Positions 40,570 through 56,345 of a stretch of DNA of 64,000 nt are shown piece after piece. The stretch's first letter is position 1, and every line of letters begins with the position of its first letter. The position numbers and the translations under genes are program-made. The notes under the pieces are model-generated. The model was given only the letters and a program-made list of their open reading frames with translations, did not search any database and had not been told where the DNA came from. The stretch is from the human T2T-CHM13v2.0 reference genome, Homo sapiens: NCBI RefSeq assembly GCF_009914755.1, contig NC_060934.1. One strand, written 5' to 3'.

Positions 40570-42479
40570 TGACCAAGAAAGGTTTGTGAGCAATGCAAGG
40601 ATAGTTCAACAAAAGGAAATCTGTGAACATTACTACCATGTTACTAGAGTGGAAACAGAGTAACCTTGTGATCTGCAGAGATGTCAGAAAACACATGTGA
40701 GAAGCTGTAAAACTCTTCCGCAAGCACCACTACTGAGTGCAGTGCTTGAAAAGGTAAACACATATGGCTGTGACCTTTCATTTTTTTCCAAGAGAGTAAA
40801 TACTTTCAGGGTTAAATTAATATTTTCTCTAAGCTGTGATTCTCTGAGTGATTCTGCCTGTCAGTTAAAAACTATCATCTCACTCTATCTTTGGCTCCCT
40901 GTTTATGTCTTATGGCTATTAACTTTTTTTGAATTTTAAAGATAAAAGTGCAGGCAGAGCCCATAGATATTTTCACTCCAGGCAAGAAGTGGAATTAAAG
41001 GTTCCTGAGATTCAGAGGGGCACATGCTCCTGTGCTGATGGCCAAGAGCCTCCAGGAAGGGCTAGGAGAGCAGCTCATTTCAAATGGAAGAGTGTGAGCA
41101 GGGCCACAACCATATAACCGGTCACGCTTTGACCTTTCTCATTATGTGGATTAACTGGAGGATTCGTACAAATGGTGTTTTAATCATAAGTTATCAATTT
41201 AAACCAGACAAAATGCTCTTGGGAATTCTTCATTCTGTGAAGGGGTTTTTATAAACTTCCATGATTTTTCACCTAATTCTCCCTTGTTTACTTTCATTGG
41301 GACATTGTAATATTTTATAATTTAGACTTTTCACCTTTGGAAATAAACCAGACTTGGAAAAAAAATTTTGTCAGAAATTTGGATGCATTTAGTAAGCTGT
41401 GTAATTTATGTAATCAGGACTGCTAATTTGAGGAAGTAGGATGGTTGGAGCCCAGCCCGGGCCAGGTCAGCACTGGGCCTCCTGACCCCATCTTAGTGAG
41501 TCTGGTGAGTCTGTGGCTTCTGGGCCGCATCTCCGTCTTGAGCCCAGTGGAACCTGGGTTTTCATGGTACCCAGCACAGCAACGTGTGGCTGAAAGGGAC
41601 TACATTAGAAGCTAGTTGTAGTCTTCAGACATTTAATGAGATTAGCAGATGGTTTCTCGCAGGATAACTCACTGACCACCCTTTGGGCAGAACTGGACCC
41701 ACTTGAATGCGGCGAATTTGTCTCAAAGATGTGTGTAGTGGACACAATTAACCATCCAGTGTTCTTATTCTGAAAAACCCCCTCCGGGAGACAGCCCACT
41801 CCGTGATGCACTATTCAGCACTTATTCTCATCCACATTTTCTCTTGAATTTCTCCTGTGTTCTGTCTTCTCCTATCTGGGATGAAGCCGACGACGCATCC
41901 CGGTTCTTGCCATGGAGCTGGTTGGCTTCACTGGATTGGCAGACTCTTCCTCTAGCCATACTCTCTTGGGAGGGGTGCAGAGTGCTTGTTGGAACGGTGA
42001 GACCTCTTGCTAGGCAAGAATAAGGAAGCATGGAGTGTGATTTTTACACAGCACTGAATTTCAGTCATGAGGAGATGGAGCTGACACTGTGGCAGAAAGA
42101 AGGAAATGAAGAACTCCGTGCTATTGGAGAGCCCCTGGGCTAACCAATTCTGAAGCTGTGTTAACTCTTAGACTTAGTGGTTATGTGTTTTAATTTTTTT
42201 TAAGCCAGGCTGCGTTGGGCCTCCTCTTACATATACTGGAAAGGTCCTGAGTAATACAGAGGTGAGAATGATTCTCCATAATTTTGTGAGTGTAAGATTT
42301 TTTCACTTCCCTTTCTGTGATGCATCCTCACTTATGGCCTTGAAGTTACAAATATCCAAAACTAACCATTTCTTCCTTTGAATTGCTTCTTTTTAAATAT
42401 TGTTTTGAAGCCCCAGGAGCAGGTAGTAGTAATAATAATAGCAGTAGCAGTATTACGACTATTGGTAGTATTAATAATA

Positions 42480-42690
42480 ACAACTCATATTGAGTGTGTG
42501 TTTCCTATTTGTTGGGCACTCTCCTAAGCATTTTATGTGTATATTTTGTAATCTCTACAGTAACACTTTGAAGCCAAGATCACCATTTCCCTATTTTACA
42601 GAAGATGACAACTAAGGCAGGGAGAGGTGCCTAATGCCACACTGTTAGTGACCAGAACCGGACGCAGGCACAGTTGGTCAGGTCTCAGGG
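42480..42690 (-). mobile_element. MIR
   Basis: ctattttacagaagatgacaactaaggc core. Confidence 0.65.
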
Positions 42691-43715
42691 ACCTGCATTT
42701 CACTGTCTCCAGAAGCGCATTTCAACTCTCTTTAAGCAGGGAAGTGAGTTTTATGGTGGATTTGGAGTTAACATTTCATTTTTCCTTTGTAATTGAAATC
42801 ATGATTTATTATTATATCTGCCCCACAAGTACTATTCCAAAAGAGTCTGAACCAAGGACTCATTATATATTATTAGATTCCTTATATATTTTCATTTTAA
42901 TGTACTTAATCTGTCATAAATGTATATTAAAATAGGTACAATAAAACATCCCAGGACACTTGTTTATTCTACTTTGTCTTTGTAATTCCTGCAGGAGTTA
43001 CTTCATGTGTTGGCATAGCATGTTATTTGAGCCTCATGTGATGGTGAGGGCTGTGTGTTCTTTTTTGCTGGTGCCTCTGATCGTCATAACATGATTCACT
43101 TTGTATCTCTGCATGCCTTTTCCTTCTTCTAGAATTCTAGTTCCTGTGTGTTGAGTAAACATTAAAAAAATCTATCGAGTCTAACTTGTACCCTTCCCAT
43201 CAGACAACTCTGCCCTAAGATGACTTGGGGACCATGAACAAAAGGCACAACTTGGCTTCTTTAAAAGATTATTTATTCCTCATTTATTCTTTATTTGCGA
43301 GCAACAAGCAAGCAAACAAAAAAAAATGAAGACAGAGGGCAGAACCGGAGATATATGGCAGATGCAATGATACTGCTGATGCTTAGGAACTCATAGGCAG
43401 AGAAGAAAGCAGGGGTGGCCCTCAGGGAAACCTAAGGGGCAGTGTTCCACTTTGGGCAGCTGGCATGAGATTTTCATCTTCTTATCTGGGTGTAGTGGAG
43501 GCAGGGAGCGATGTCTGGAGACTGCACCATCAGTCAGAATCCAGGCAGGAGAAGGGTTGTCTGGGGACTGCATTGTTCTCTGCCCATCATATTCACCACC
43601 CACCATCTTCCCTGCCCACCAAGTTCTCCATCCTTGATGCCACGTTTTCCAAGCCCACCACGCCCCCTCCTGCCCACTGTGTTCACTGCTTGCTGCCATC
43701 TTCCCTGTCTGCCCA

Positions 43716-43795
43716 CCATGTTCTCTGCTCGCAGCCATCTTCCTCCGTCTGCCATGTTCTCTGCTCGCAGCCATCTTCCTCCGTCTGCCATGTTC
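43716..43795. repeat. 36-bp tandem repeat (2.2 copies plus degenerate flanks)
   Basis: CCATGTTCTCTGCTCGCAGCCATCTTCCTCCGTCTG x2. Confidence 0.9.
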
Positions 43796-44587
43796 CTCTG
43801 CCTGCTCTGTCTCCCCATCTCCATGCTGCCCGCCACGTCTCTGCACAGGCCCTGGCCCTTATAGAGGGTCTTCCTCAGCCTTGCACTTCGCTTCCTGCTA
43901 CCTCCCAGCACCGTCTCAGGCCACCAGTTGTTAACATTTGGCAAACACCCTTTCATGTAAATTAAATCCTACTCACACATACATTTCGACTGATGGAAAT
44001 ATCTGTCTATGATCTGGATTTACGACAACCTCTGGATTTACAATAACCACTGGTTTTCACACTACTCCTAATTCAAGGGGATAAACCCTGCCAAATGTGG
44101 TGAACAGAAAGGGAGGTAAAAGGAGTTGAAGGTCTCCCAAGAAAACGCAGTCTCTTCCACAGTTTGGTGTAAGTGCCGTGACCTCTGCTATCCTGTGTGT
44201 TGTATTTGTCCTTTGACTAATGAGGTTTCTGGGGCTTGGCTTTAAGGATCCTTTCTATAGTTGGAATTATTATTTTTATTTTTTATTTTTATTTTTAAAA
44301 AAGTATTGATGACTTTGTGGTTCCAAATGACTTTTTCCTGGTACATCAAAATATGATCTTTTTAGTTACTGTTTTTGTTTAAAGCCATAGTAACATAATT
44401 GAATTACAGTTGGGAGTAGCCATTTTGCAGAACTTTTAAAAATATCGAGCCAAATCTGTTTGCCATAGCACTTTATAACACTAGGATTAAATACTCTTTG
44501 ACAAATGTTTTAATTGCTGACAAGTGCAACTTAGGGAGGCGGTTCTGAGGAGTTTTGGCTGGTGTCCCGGTGCCTGCTGTCAAGTGC

Positions 44588-44707
44588 TGGCATGGCCCAA
44601 GGAGCTCTGGTAACCAGGAGGCGGGGAAACCAGAGCATGCTGACTTGGCATGGCCCAAGGAGCTCTGGTAACCAGGAGGCGGGGAAACCAGAGCATGCTG
44701 ACTTGGC
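44588..44707. repeat. Perfect 58-bp tandem duplication
   Basis: 44588-44645 is identical to 44646-44703. Confidence 0.95.
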
Positions 44708-44883
44708 CCGGACTTCTCCTAGGTTCGGAGTCTTTCTGTGCCTTTCTCCTCATGCCTGTTTGGGACATGACAGGACTCACCATGGCTCCACTCCCCAGAG
44801 TTCTGCTGGGATGAATGGAGTCAACCGGGTGAGCCCTGGATGAAGGGTGAGGCTCATGGTAGGGATTCCTTCCTCACTTCCAC

Positions 44884-45256
44884 CTATGGTTTGAATGTCC
44901 CTCCAAAGTGCATGCTGAAATTTAATTGCCATTTTAACAATATGAAGAGGCAGGACCTTTAGGAAGGTCTGCCCTCATGAATGGATTGACGCTATTATCT
45001 TGGGAGTGGGTTCGTTATCACAGGCGTGGGTTCCTTACTAAAGGGTGTTTGCCCTGCCTTTTCTGCCTTCCCCTACCCTCTCTCATCCTCTCCTGCCCTC
45101 TTACCTTCCACCATGGGATGACTCAGCAAGAATGAGTCACCAGATGCTGGAGCCTTAATTTGCACTTAGCCCCCAGACTGTGAGAGAAATTTCTCTCCTT
45201 TATAAACTACCCAGTCTCGGGTATTTTGTTATAGCAGCACACAATGGACTGAGGCA
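44884..45256. mobile_element. MST-family MaLR LTR
   Basis: ctatggtttgaatgtccc...gttatagcagcacacaatggactga. Confidence 0.8.
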
Positions 45257-45364
45257 CTTCTTCAACACATCATGTCCCTAGCACAGACTGCTCAGACTTC
45301 TATTCAGAATTACTTCTGTGCTCATGTATTCAGTACAGAAGAAGTTGTTACTTGACTCAAAGTT

Positions 45365-45970
45365 ATTTTATTTTTAAAATTAACATGCAGTAAGTGTGAC
45401 CTTTTGGGAATGGGCTGTTCCACCACAATCAGGACACAGAATTGTTCCATCTCCCCCAAAGCTTCCTGATGCTGTTCCTTTATAGTCACACTGTCCCTTC
45501 CTTCACCCCCAGCCCCTGGTACCCACTCCATGACTATAGTTTTGTCTGCTTTGAGAATGTCATATAAATGGAATCATAGAGTATGTAACTTCTGAGACTG
45601 GCTTCTGTTACTCAGTGTAATGCCTTTGAGATTCAGCCAGCTTGTTGCATGGATCGGTAATTTGTCTTTTTACTGCTCGGTAGTAGTCTGTTGTATAGAG
45701 CTCTGATGGATAGGCCTGGCTGAGCCATCCCCCATGTCTTCCAAGTCACTAGATGTGTCAGTGAGGTCAGCTTGGTCCCTCCAGAAGAGCCTGCTTGCCA
45801 GCTGAATACCACCAAGTGATCTCTGCAGTGCCATGTGGGACAGAGAAGTCACCCAGCCAAACCTTGCCCAATTTCCCCAGCCACAAAAAAATGAGACATA
45901 AAGAAGCAGTGGCTGTTTTTACCCACTAAGTTTGGATTTGTCTGTTCCATGATTGTGGATAACCAGAACA
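45365..45970. mobile_element. Old L1M 3' end (minus, ~45365-45700) followed by an MLT1 fragment
   Basis: catataaatggaatcata motif; ccactaagtttgg...ataaccagaaca MLT end. Confidence 0.65.
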
Positions 45971-46849
45971 CACCCCAATGGGTACTTAAGCTTCACAGGA
46001 ATAAGGATCACATCTCTTGACAACCTAAAACTTTGGATCCAGTGGTGCTCAATAAGCATTTTTATTTTTAAAAACCAATTTCCTCTCTGTGCTTGGCAAG
46101 ACACTTTATAAATGTGTGATAGTGATGAGGACGTGGAATTATCTCGATAATTTCCTTGATGATAAGAAAATTATCCACTAGCTATCAAATACTGTTAAGT
46201 ATGTTAGTCGTGGACTCCCTCATGAGTTGTGGGGACAATCACTGGAGCCCTTTGGGGCCCTGGGAAGAGGAAGGAGCACAGCAGATGCTTCAGGCAGAGC
46301 GCCAGCCTTGTTATTGGCTTGGCTTCCTCCTCCATCCCTGCAGGTCCTGTCGCCTGTAGTTTTCCAGGAATGGGTGTTTTGGGGCCTTGATTCTTCCTCA
46401 ATGAAGCCCATCCTTCCTGGTCCTCCACCATGGTCCTCTCAACCATTGCAGGTGTCTCCCTCACAGTGCAGGGAGTGACAGCACGGACGCTGCAGCCAAG
46501 CAGGCTGACATTTGAATTCTACTTTTATCACTTACTGGATATGTAAACCTTGAAAAGTTTCCTAAATCCCCAGAACTTCAAATTTCCCATCTATAGGATG
46601 TGCATAAAAACACATACCTCAGAGGATTGTTTCGAGGATTAGGTGTAGTGATACATGTGGAGCCTCTAGCCTGGGCTGCAGGCGAGGGCACAAGAACTCT
46701 CTGTCTCTGTGGAGCAGGGTCGTGGCACCTGGCAGCATGGGCTATGAGGAAGGAAGGAGCCCAGTGGGTTCAAGGACTGGACGAAGGGCCAAGTGGTTGG
46801 AGCGCTGAGCCTGAGGGCCGAGGGACATAAAATGAGGTTTGGGAAACTC

Positions 46850-48250
46850 ATAGGGACTTAATCAGGTGGGGTCTTGCAGCTGCATTGAGGATGCCAACTT
46901 TTTATTCTGGGAGCAATAGTCAGCCAGGGCTGTGGCTAGTTTTGTTCTTTGAAAATTTAGACTGCAGGGTTAGAGGTGTGCAGATTAAAGGTGTGCAACA
47001 GAGGATTCACAGCAGCTCAGGCAAGAGCTGATGGTGGCTGGTACTAGGGAAGTAATGGTGAAAAAGTACAACTTAGGAGAGAAAAATCCACTAGGTTTAG
47101 GGATAGACTAGATGTCTGATGGTGCATATTGGGGAATGTGAGGGAAAGAAGACATGGAAGATGATTTCCGAGTTTCTGGCTTCAGCAGCTGATGGATAAG
47201 GTGCCATTCACTGGGATAGGAACCCAGGAAGAGAAGCAATTGGCAGTGCCATGAGGTCAGGTTTGCATATTCTGGAAGAAAGGCCCTTGGACTTATGATG
47301 GGAGATATTGAGGAGACACATATATTCAGATTCAGAGCTCAGAGATGAGATCTAGGTAGAGATGTACCTTTGGGAGTCAGCTACCGGCAGATGGTAGACG
47401 TGTATTAGGGTAATTAATGCTCGCTTTTGAAACAAACCCTGGAAAATCTCAGTGAGTGAACATATAAAAGTTGATTTCTTGCTCTCACAAAGTCTGTTGT
47501 GGGTCAGAATGTTCCTCTGAATGGCCATCTTCCAAATGGTGACTGAACTCAGGTTCCAGAACAAAAGGGCTCGTTCAGGATGTTTTATGCTGTATGCCAC
47601 TTTGGTCCTTGTCCCATGAGCTGGAACCCAGTCATGTGTCCCCAACGTAACTGTAAGAGAAACTGGGAATTATAGTTGGTCTATGTGTCCCACAAGAGGA
47701 ACAGAGGTTGGTGAGCATCTAGCCAGGTAACCATGGTAATGAATGTTGTTATGAATGAGAACCCCCTGGGAAGAGAAGATGGAGTTTGAAGATGAGGAGC
47801 TTATTAAGGACTGGCCCTTGAGTCGTCTGTACATATACAGACAGTTAGAAAAAGGTGGACTGGCAAAGAAAACTGAGAAGGAGTAGCCAGAGATAGAGGA
47901 GGACAACTAAGAGAATGTGGAGTTAGGGAAACCAGGAGAAGTATGAGAAAATCAGAAGGAGTCTGACAACCATCCACTGAAACCAGTTACATGGAGAGCA
48001 TTGATGACTCGAGGGAATATGCTCCTGGGGAGCTAATGAAGGCAGAAATCTGTGTGGACTGCATGGAGAGTCAGTGAGATGTGAGTCAACAAAAATGAAT
48101 ACAGACAGTTCTCTTGAGAAGCTTGATGTTAAGTGGGAGACAGGGGGATGGTGGCTAGAAGGAACATTGCAGTTGAGGCATTTTTTTGTTTGCTTTTTGC
48201 TTTGACGATAGGAGAGATTTGAACTTGTTTAAATGTTAAAATTTCAGAGA
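46850..48250 (-). mobile_element. LINE-2 fragments with an MLT-like insert (~47400-47720)
   Basis: Purine-rich L2-antisense motifs (gtttctggctt, gtgccattcactg). Confidence 0.65.
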
Positions 48251-49460
48251 GAGAGAGAGGGTGCAAGCAAAAAATGGGAGAAGAAATCTGTGATGATGAA
48301 CAGTCCCTGGAAATGTGAAAGTGTTAAAACTTCAAGTACTGGGTTTATCCTTTGAGCCTCCCATAGCAGCTGCCTCCAGCTCCATCTTCCCAGCCTTGTG
48401 CAGAGAAAGGAGAGGACCTGCCTGTCAGCCCTGTAATTTTGATTACCGTTGAAATTTCTCCCATTACACAACACACCTTGCTCAGTGCTGCAGAGATTCA
48501 TCACTTAGACCAGAGCACCCCCAGCCCTCTAGCCCAGGGATGGAGTGAAGGGGGTCGATGTGAAGCTCAGCGGCTCCCTCTAGAGTTCAGCGAGAGTTCT
48601 GCCCTGTGGTGTTGCTTCTGCTCAAGTCTCCAGCCCGTTTCTCATGATTCCCTCCGCCACCCATCCACCGTATGAATCCAGCTTTTTAAAATAACTTACA
48701 GTTCTTCAGTTGAGTTTTGTTCTGTCATGTCTTTGACCTAACATGAAGTTAATTCCTCTTTCTGGACACAATTCCTTTGACTTTTTTTTCCCTGGTTATC
48801 TCTTATTCATCACCCAAGAACCTGTATCCCTCCTCATTCATTCCTGTCACCAAGAACCTGTATCCTTCCTGTGTGGTTCTTCGTGCTAAGCACACTGAGA
48901 TAGAACTTACAGATTTCAAGCAAATGACTCAGTAGCAGGCAAGACATTCTGGACAAGTGTGAGACAGGCACAGAACCAAAACATATCTGGATAGAAAAAC
49001 AGGAACATTTGAATAGGTTTTTGCAATGCATACTGTACACATTTCAGACAGTTCTAACTTCAAGGATGATGGGACGCAGGACTGTTTTTTCAAGTTCATC
49101 TTTCTTGACGTCCAAGTTTGAGGACACTTTCTGCAATCCCTCAAGTCTAGTTGGCCCTGTATTCTGGACAATTTCTTTAAAAAATTATTTTATTAAAAAT
49201 TGTTTTTTGTAAAGACTAGTCTCACTATGTTGTGCAGGCTGATCTCATATTCCTGGGCTCAAGTGATTCTCCTGCCTTGGCCTTCAAAGTGTTGGGATTA
49301 CAGATGTGAGCCACCATACTCAGCCAATTTCTTATGAAATTTCATGTGAAAAAAAAACCCATTTATCCTCTAATCTTTGGTTTGAGATTTTTTTAAAAAA
49401 GGTTTTACATATTTGGCTTATAGTAGAGGTTTTCAATTGTGTAGTTTTATTAACACATTG

Positions 49461-49813
49461 TGATATGGTTTGGCTGTGTCCCCACCCAAATCTTATTTTG
49501 AATTGTAACTCCCACAATTCCCCTGTGTTGTGGGAGGAACCCACTGGGAGGTGATTGAATTATGGGGGCGGGTCTTTCCTGCACTGTTCTTGTGATAGTG
49601 AAGGAGTCTCATGAGATCTGATGACTTTAATAACGGGAGTTTGCCTGCCCAAGCTCTCTTGTCTGCCGCCATGTGAGACATGCCTTTCACCTTCTGCCAT
49701 GATCATGAGGCCTACAGGCCATGTGGAATTGTAAGTCCAATAAACCTCTTTCTTTTGTAAATTGCGCAGTCTTGGGTATGTCTTTATCAGCAGTGTGAGA
49801 ACAGACTAATACA
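49461..49813. mobile_element. THE1 solo LTR
   Basis: tgatatggtttggctgtgtccccaccc...agactaataca; TSD cattg/tattg. Confidence 0.92.
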
Positions 49814-52259
49814 TATTGGGCTTTGTGAGAAATCTATATTGAATATTAAAGTGATGCTAATCAGTCATAGCCTTTACAGACTGGAATATGGAGTGCACTC
49901 TGTGGCTTTCTAAGGCTTCTCTATGCAGATTTGTAAAAGTGGGATGGGTGTTTCATGCGCAACCAGTTCTTGTTGATTGGTGTGCAGCCTTGAACCTGAA
50001 TTTGGTTGGTGCTGTGTTTGTGGACTTTCTGCAACATCCTTGTTAGAGTCTTTCCAAAATCAATGTCTCAGTGTTTATTTTTAAGTTGGTGATTTTTTTA
50101 ACCTTCTGAAGGATTTATTTTTAAGATCTTTTATGTTCTGACTCCATAAATGATATACTTAGAAGACAGGGTTTTACAGAACTGAATTTTAACTACAGGT
50201 GTGGTATATGTAGTAGCCTGATCTTTTCAGGATTACTCTCTAATAATATGAAATATTGTTGAGAAGGACTATTCTTCTCAATTCTGATTGATGCTAGTTA
50301 TATTTCTTTTTCAAGACTGGAAACAAAACTGGCTTCCTACTGGTTTGGGAATCCTTTACTAGGCAAATCGTGTGTCCCTCAGTAGAGTTTGATTGTAAAA
50401 AGCTACTTCTGACAACACACACATGCTTATAATATATTTTACATATAGTATATGTAGGCATGTGTATGTATATTATACACATACATGAAAACATGTATAA
50501 TACATGTACCTACAGATATACATTGTACACATGTATACATAAATACATGCACATACAGAATAAAAAAATCAAAAGGAGACTTCTGATGTTTCTAATGTCT
50601 TTATTCCAACAAATATTTATTAAGCAACCTACTATATGCACAAGCTAGGCCCTCTGGTTATAAGGTCAATGAGAGCTTGGCTTTGCAGAATCTGTTGCCT
50701 TTCTAGCCTTGGCATGTGAACAATTTCTTGTTATGCAAGGTCTTGATAGGAATAGCAGGGCGACTGTGGCTGTGGCTGGTTGGGCTTTCATGTGAGAGCC
50801 CCGGGCCAGCTCCCCAGGTGACTCCTGACTGCATACACGCTCATGTGCTCACAGACACTCCCAAAGGCCCAGCACGGCAGGTCTCAGATGTGCTCGCCCT
50901 CTGTTTTTCTCGCTCCCCACTGGTGAGTGAGCTGTGGTCTCAGGGACGCCCCTTAGCAGCTGCTTGACCACGGGCAGGTCTTCACTTCTCTGCAGTTCAG
51001 TTCCCTCCTCTCAAAACTGGCAAAACAATAGTAACTACTTGATTGGGGTGATATGAGCTAACTAAATGAGTTAATTTCTATAAAGTCCTGACAACAATAT
51101 TGGCATACAGCAAATGTCAGGATGATTTTAGCTCTTCTTGTTATAATTACAGATCTGACTGAATAAATCTAAAGTCCAGAGGCTGGAGGAACAGGTGGGT
51201 CAGGAAGCAGTTATGGGAGAATAAAGGAAAAGATTTCCGGAACTCTTTCAGAGCACACACAGAACAGCAGGCCACAGCTTTTCCCGGGGCTCAGCTTGGC
51301 CCCCTGTTAGCCGAGGCGGGTGCACCCCGAGGACCCCATGTGGTTGATCACCTACTTCCCTTCTGAGAGGGCCTTGTTCTGCTGGTCAGCCTCTTAGCTG
51401 AACACCCTGAAGGAAAGGTGTAAGGTATAAGGCTCACTCATCTCTCAGTGGGGAGGCCTTTCCTTCAACTCAAATAATTACATGTGGATGCCTCTAGGGG
51501 AGCCTCAACATCCGGTTGATAGAATCCCACCAGCTCCATGGCAGTTAATCAAATTCACAAATGTGGATGGGCCACAGAAGACGTCCAGGTGGGTCAGCAA
51601 GCCAGCAGTGCTTAGAACCACAAAATACCCTGACCCAAATAGTTACTATAGAAGGCAGAAACACGTTTACACAATTTCAGCCTGCATCTCAGAGGGCATT
51701 AAGGGGCCAGAACTTTGATTAAACACAAGTGTAGGCAATTATGAAAAAGCAGCAGTGGGAGAACAAGGGAGTGTTCTTAGAAATAGAAATGGTCCACAGT
51801 GGCCCAAATTAAAGCAAAACCCACTAGAGGCGGTGAGTCCCAAAATGGACTCTAAAATCTGAGGCAGGAAAGACTCCACCTGGAGAAATCCTTACGGAGC
51901 AGAGCAAGAGTAAAATGTGATGGAAATGGCAGGAAAGAGCGGAGAGAAGGCAGATATAGGATTCCCTCATGCATTTAGTGAGCAAAGATCCACTAGATCC
52001 TCCTCAATGGTCTTAGCAAGGGGCATCTAGCAGTGAAGAAAATCAGCTGGGCACGGTGGTGGCACGTGCCTGTCATCCCAGCTACTGGCGAAGCTGAGGT
52101 GGGAGGACTGCTTGAACCTGGGAGGTTGAAGCTGCTGCAGGCTATGATCACACCTGTGAAAAGCCACTGCACTTCAGTCTGGGCAACAGAGTGGGGCCCT
52201 GTCTCTTAAAAAAAAACCCCTGCTTGCTTGAAGCACATGTTTAGTGAGGGATGAAAGAC

Positions 52260-54600
<2,341 letters not shown>

Positions 54601-55711
54601 GAGGTGGCCCCGGAGCTGTGAGCGGGAGGAAGAGGGAAGGGCGGAGTCTGGAGCCCTCACGCCTTCCGCCTTGTGCGCGGTGCAGGCTGCCGAGAGCCCG
54701 GCCGGGCAAGCCTTTCCGCCGTGGTCAGTGACTCGTTTGCACAAGGACTTTTTAGGGAAGAGAGAAGCCAGGCCTTCGCTGTGGGCCTAGCCCCTCAAAC
54801 CGCAAGCTCTCCCCCTTGGGGTCCTCGTCGTGAACGCCCTTCTCGTCTCCCGCCGGGCTCACTCTTTCGCATTTTGCTGCGAAAGTTTACTGGAAATAGG
54901 TCCATTCACTGGTCGATTCAGAGGGACACTAGAAACGCGATGCCCATATCTAACACATCCTGGCCTTTTGAAGAGGGATAAAAAATAATACCCACTAGAG
55001 CCCCGTGCCTCCGGAGAGTGGGGCTTCGCATTTGCGCGTCCGAGGCCCGGCAGGGAGAGCTTCTGGGTCCTGGGGGCGCGCACATCCGGCGCGCGCTGTG
55101 TCGGGGAGCGGCGCTCTGGGCTGGGCCGGCAGAGGGCGCTGCGGGGCGGCCGTGGAACAAGCAGGGGAGAGCGTCAGGGGACCCAGCACAGCCTGCCTGC
55201 TGCGCCCTGCTGCCGGCCGCGCCCTCCTCCGTGCTGCGTTCTCCTGCTCGACGCTGCGTCCTCATCCAACACTGGCACCGCGCGCTCCTTCCAGGGTCGG
55301 AGGCCCACAGACCCCTCACGTTCGCTTCTGTCAGGAGTAGCGGCAGAATTTCGATAATTTATGTCTTTGATGGAGACTGGGAAGGTAGCCTGGCCGCTGC
55401 GCAGGAGAGCTGCGCGGGGTCCAGGAGGGGAGCGCGGAGTGGGAGCAGTCGACTCGGGCTGCGCAGTGCGTGTCGGCTGTCACGGGACACCGGTGAGGAC
55501 CCTGCACCCAGAGTCGGGGGTCCAGGCTGTTGCTGGAACAGGAGGCAGCTCGGTGTCCACGGTTCCGCAGGGGGCCGCTGTCTGCTTGGATCTTTCATCA
55601 GGTCCCAGGCAGAGGGTGCGCTCTCTACTCAGCTTCACTCCTTGGGACAGAAGTGTGGCTGCTGATCCTGGAGTAGGGAAGGAGAAGGAAGCATTTGCAT
55701 GATTAAAATAT

Positions 55712-56345
55712 TTTTTTTTATCTTGGTAAAATACACATAACATGAAATGTACCATGTTAACCATTTTTAAGTACTATTTTAATGTACTATTCAGTGACAT
55801 TAAGTTCATCGAACATTGGTGTGCAATCGTCACCACCATCCATTTACAGAAGTCTTTTCATCTTGAAAGTCTGAAACTTTGTATCTATTGAACAACAATT
55901 CCACATTTCCCCCTTCCCCCAGGCCCTGGCAACCACCATTCTACTTTGTCTCTAGGAATTGGACTACTCTAGGTATCTCATATAAGTCTAATGAAACAGC
56001 ATCTGTCCTTTGTGACTGGCTTATTTCAGGTAGCATAATGACCTCAAGGTTCATCCATGTAGTAGCAAGTGTCAGAATGACCCTCCTTTTTAAGGCTGAA
56101 TAATATTCCATTGCATGTCTATACCACAATTTGCTTATCTGTTCATCCATCGATGGACACTGGGTTTGGTTCTACCTCTTAGCTGTTGTGAACAATGCTA
56201 CCATGAACACGGGCGTACAAATATCTGTTTGAAATCCTGCTTTCAGTTCTTTTGTATATATGCCTAGAAATGGAGTTGAGTTGCTGGATCAGATGGTAAT
56301 CCTGTGTTGAATATTTTGAGGAACGCCATACTGTTTTCCATAGTG
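55712..56345 (-). mobile_element. L1MB-type 3' end
   Basis: ggtaaaatacacataacatgaaatgtacc...ttcatccatgtagtagc...ccatactgttttccatag. Confidence 0.85.

Noticed and set aside
51821-51834. CCACTAGAGGCGGT as a CTCF site
   Set aside because: One G short of the core spacing; weak match.
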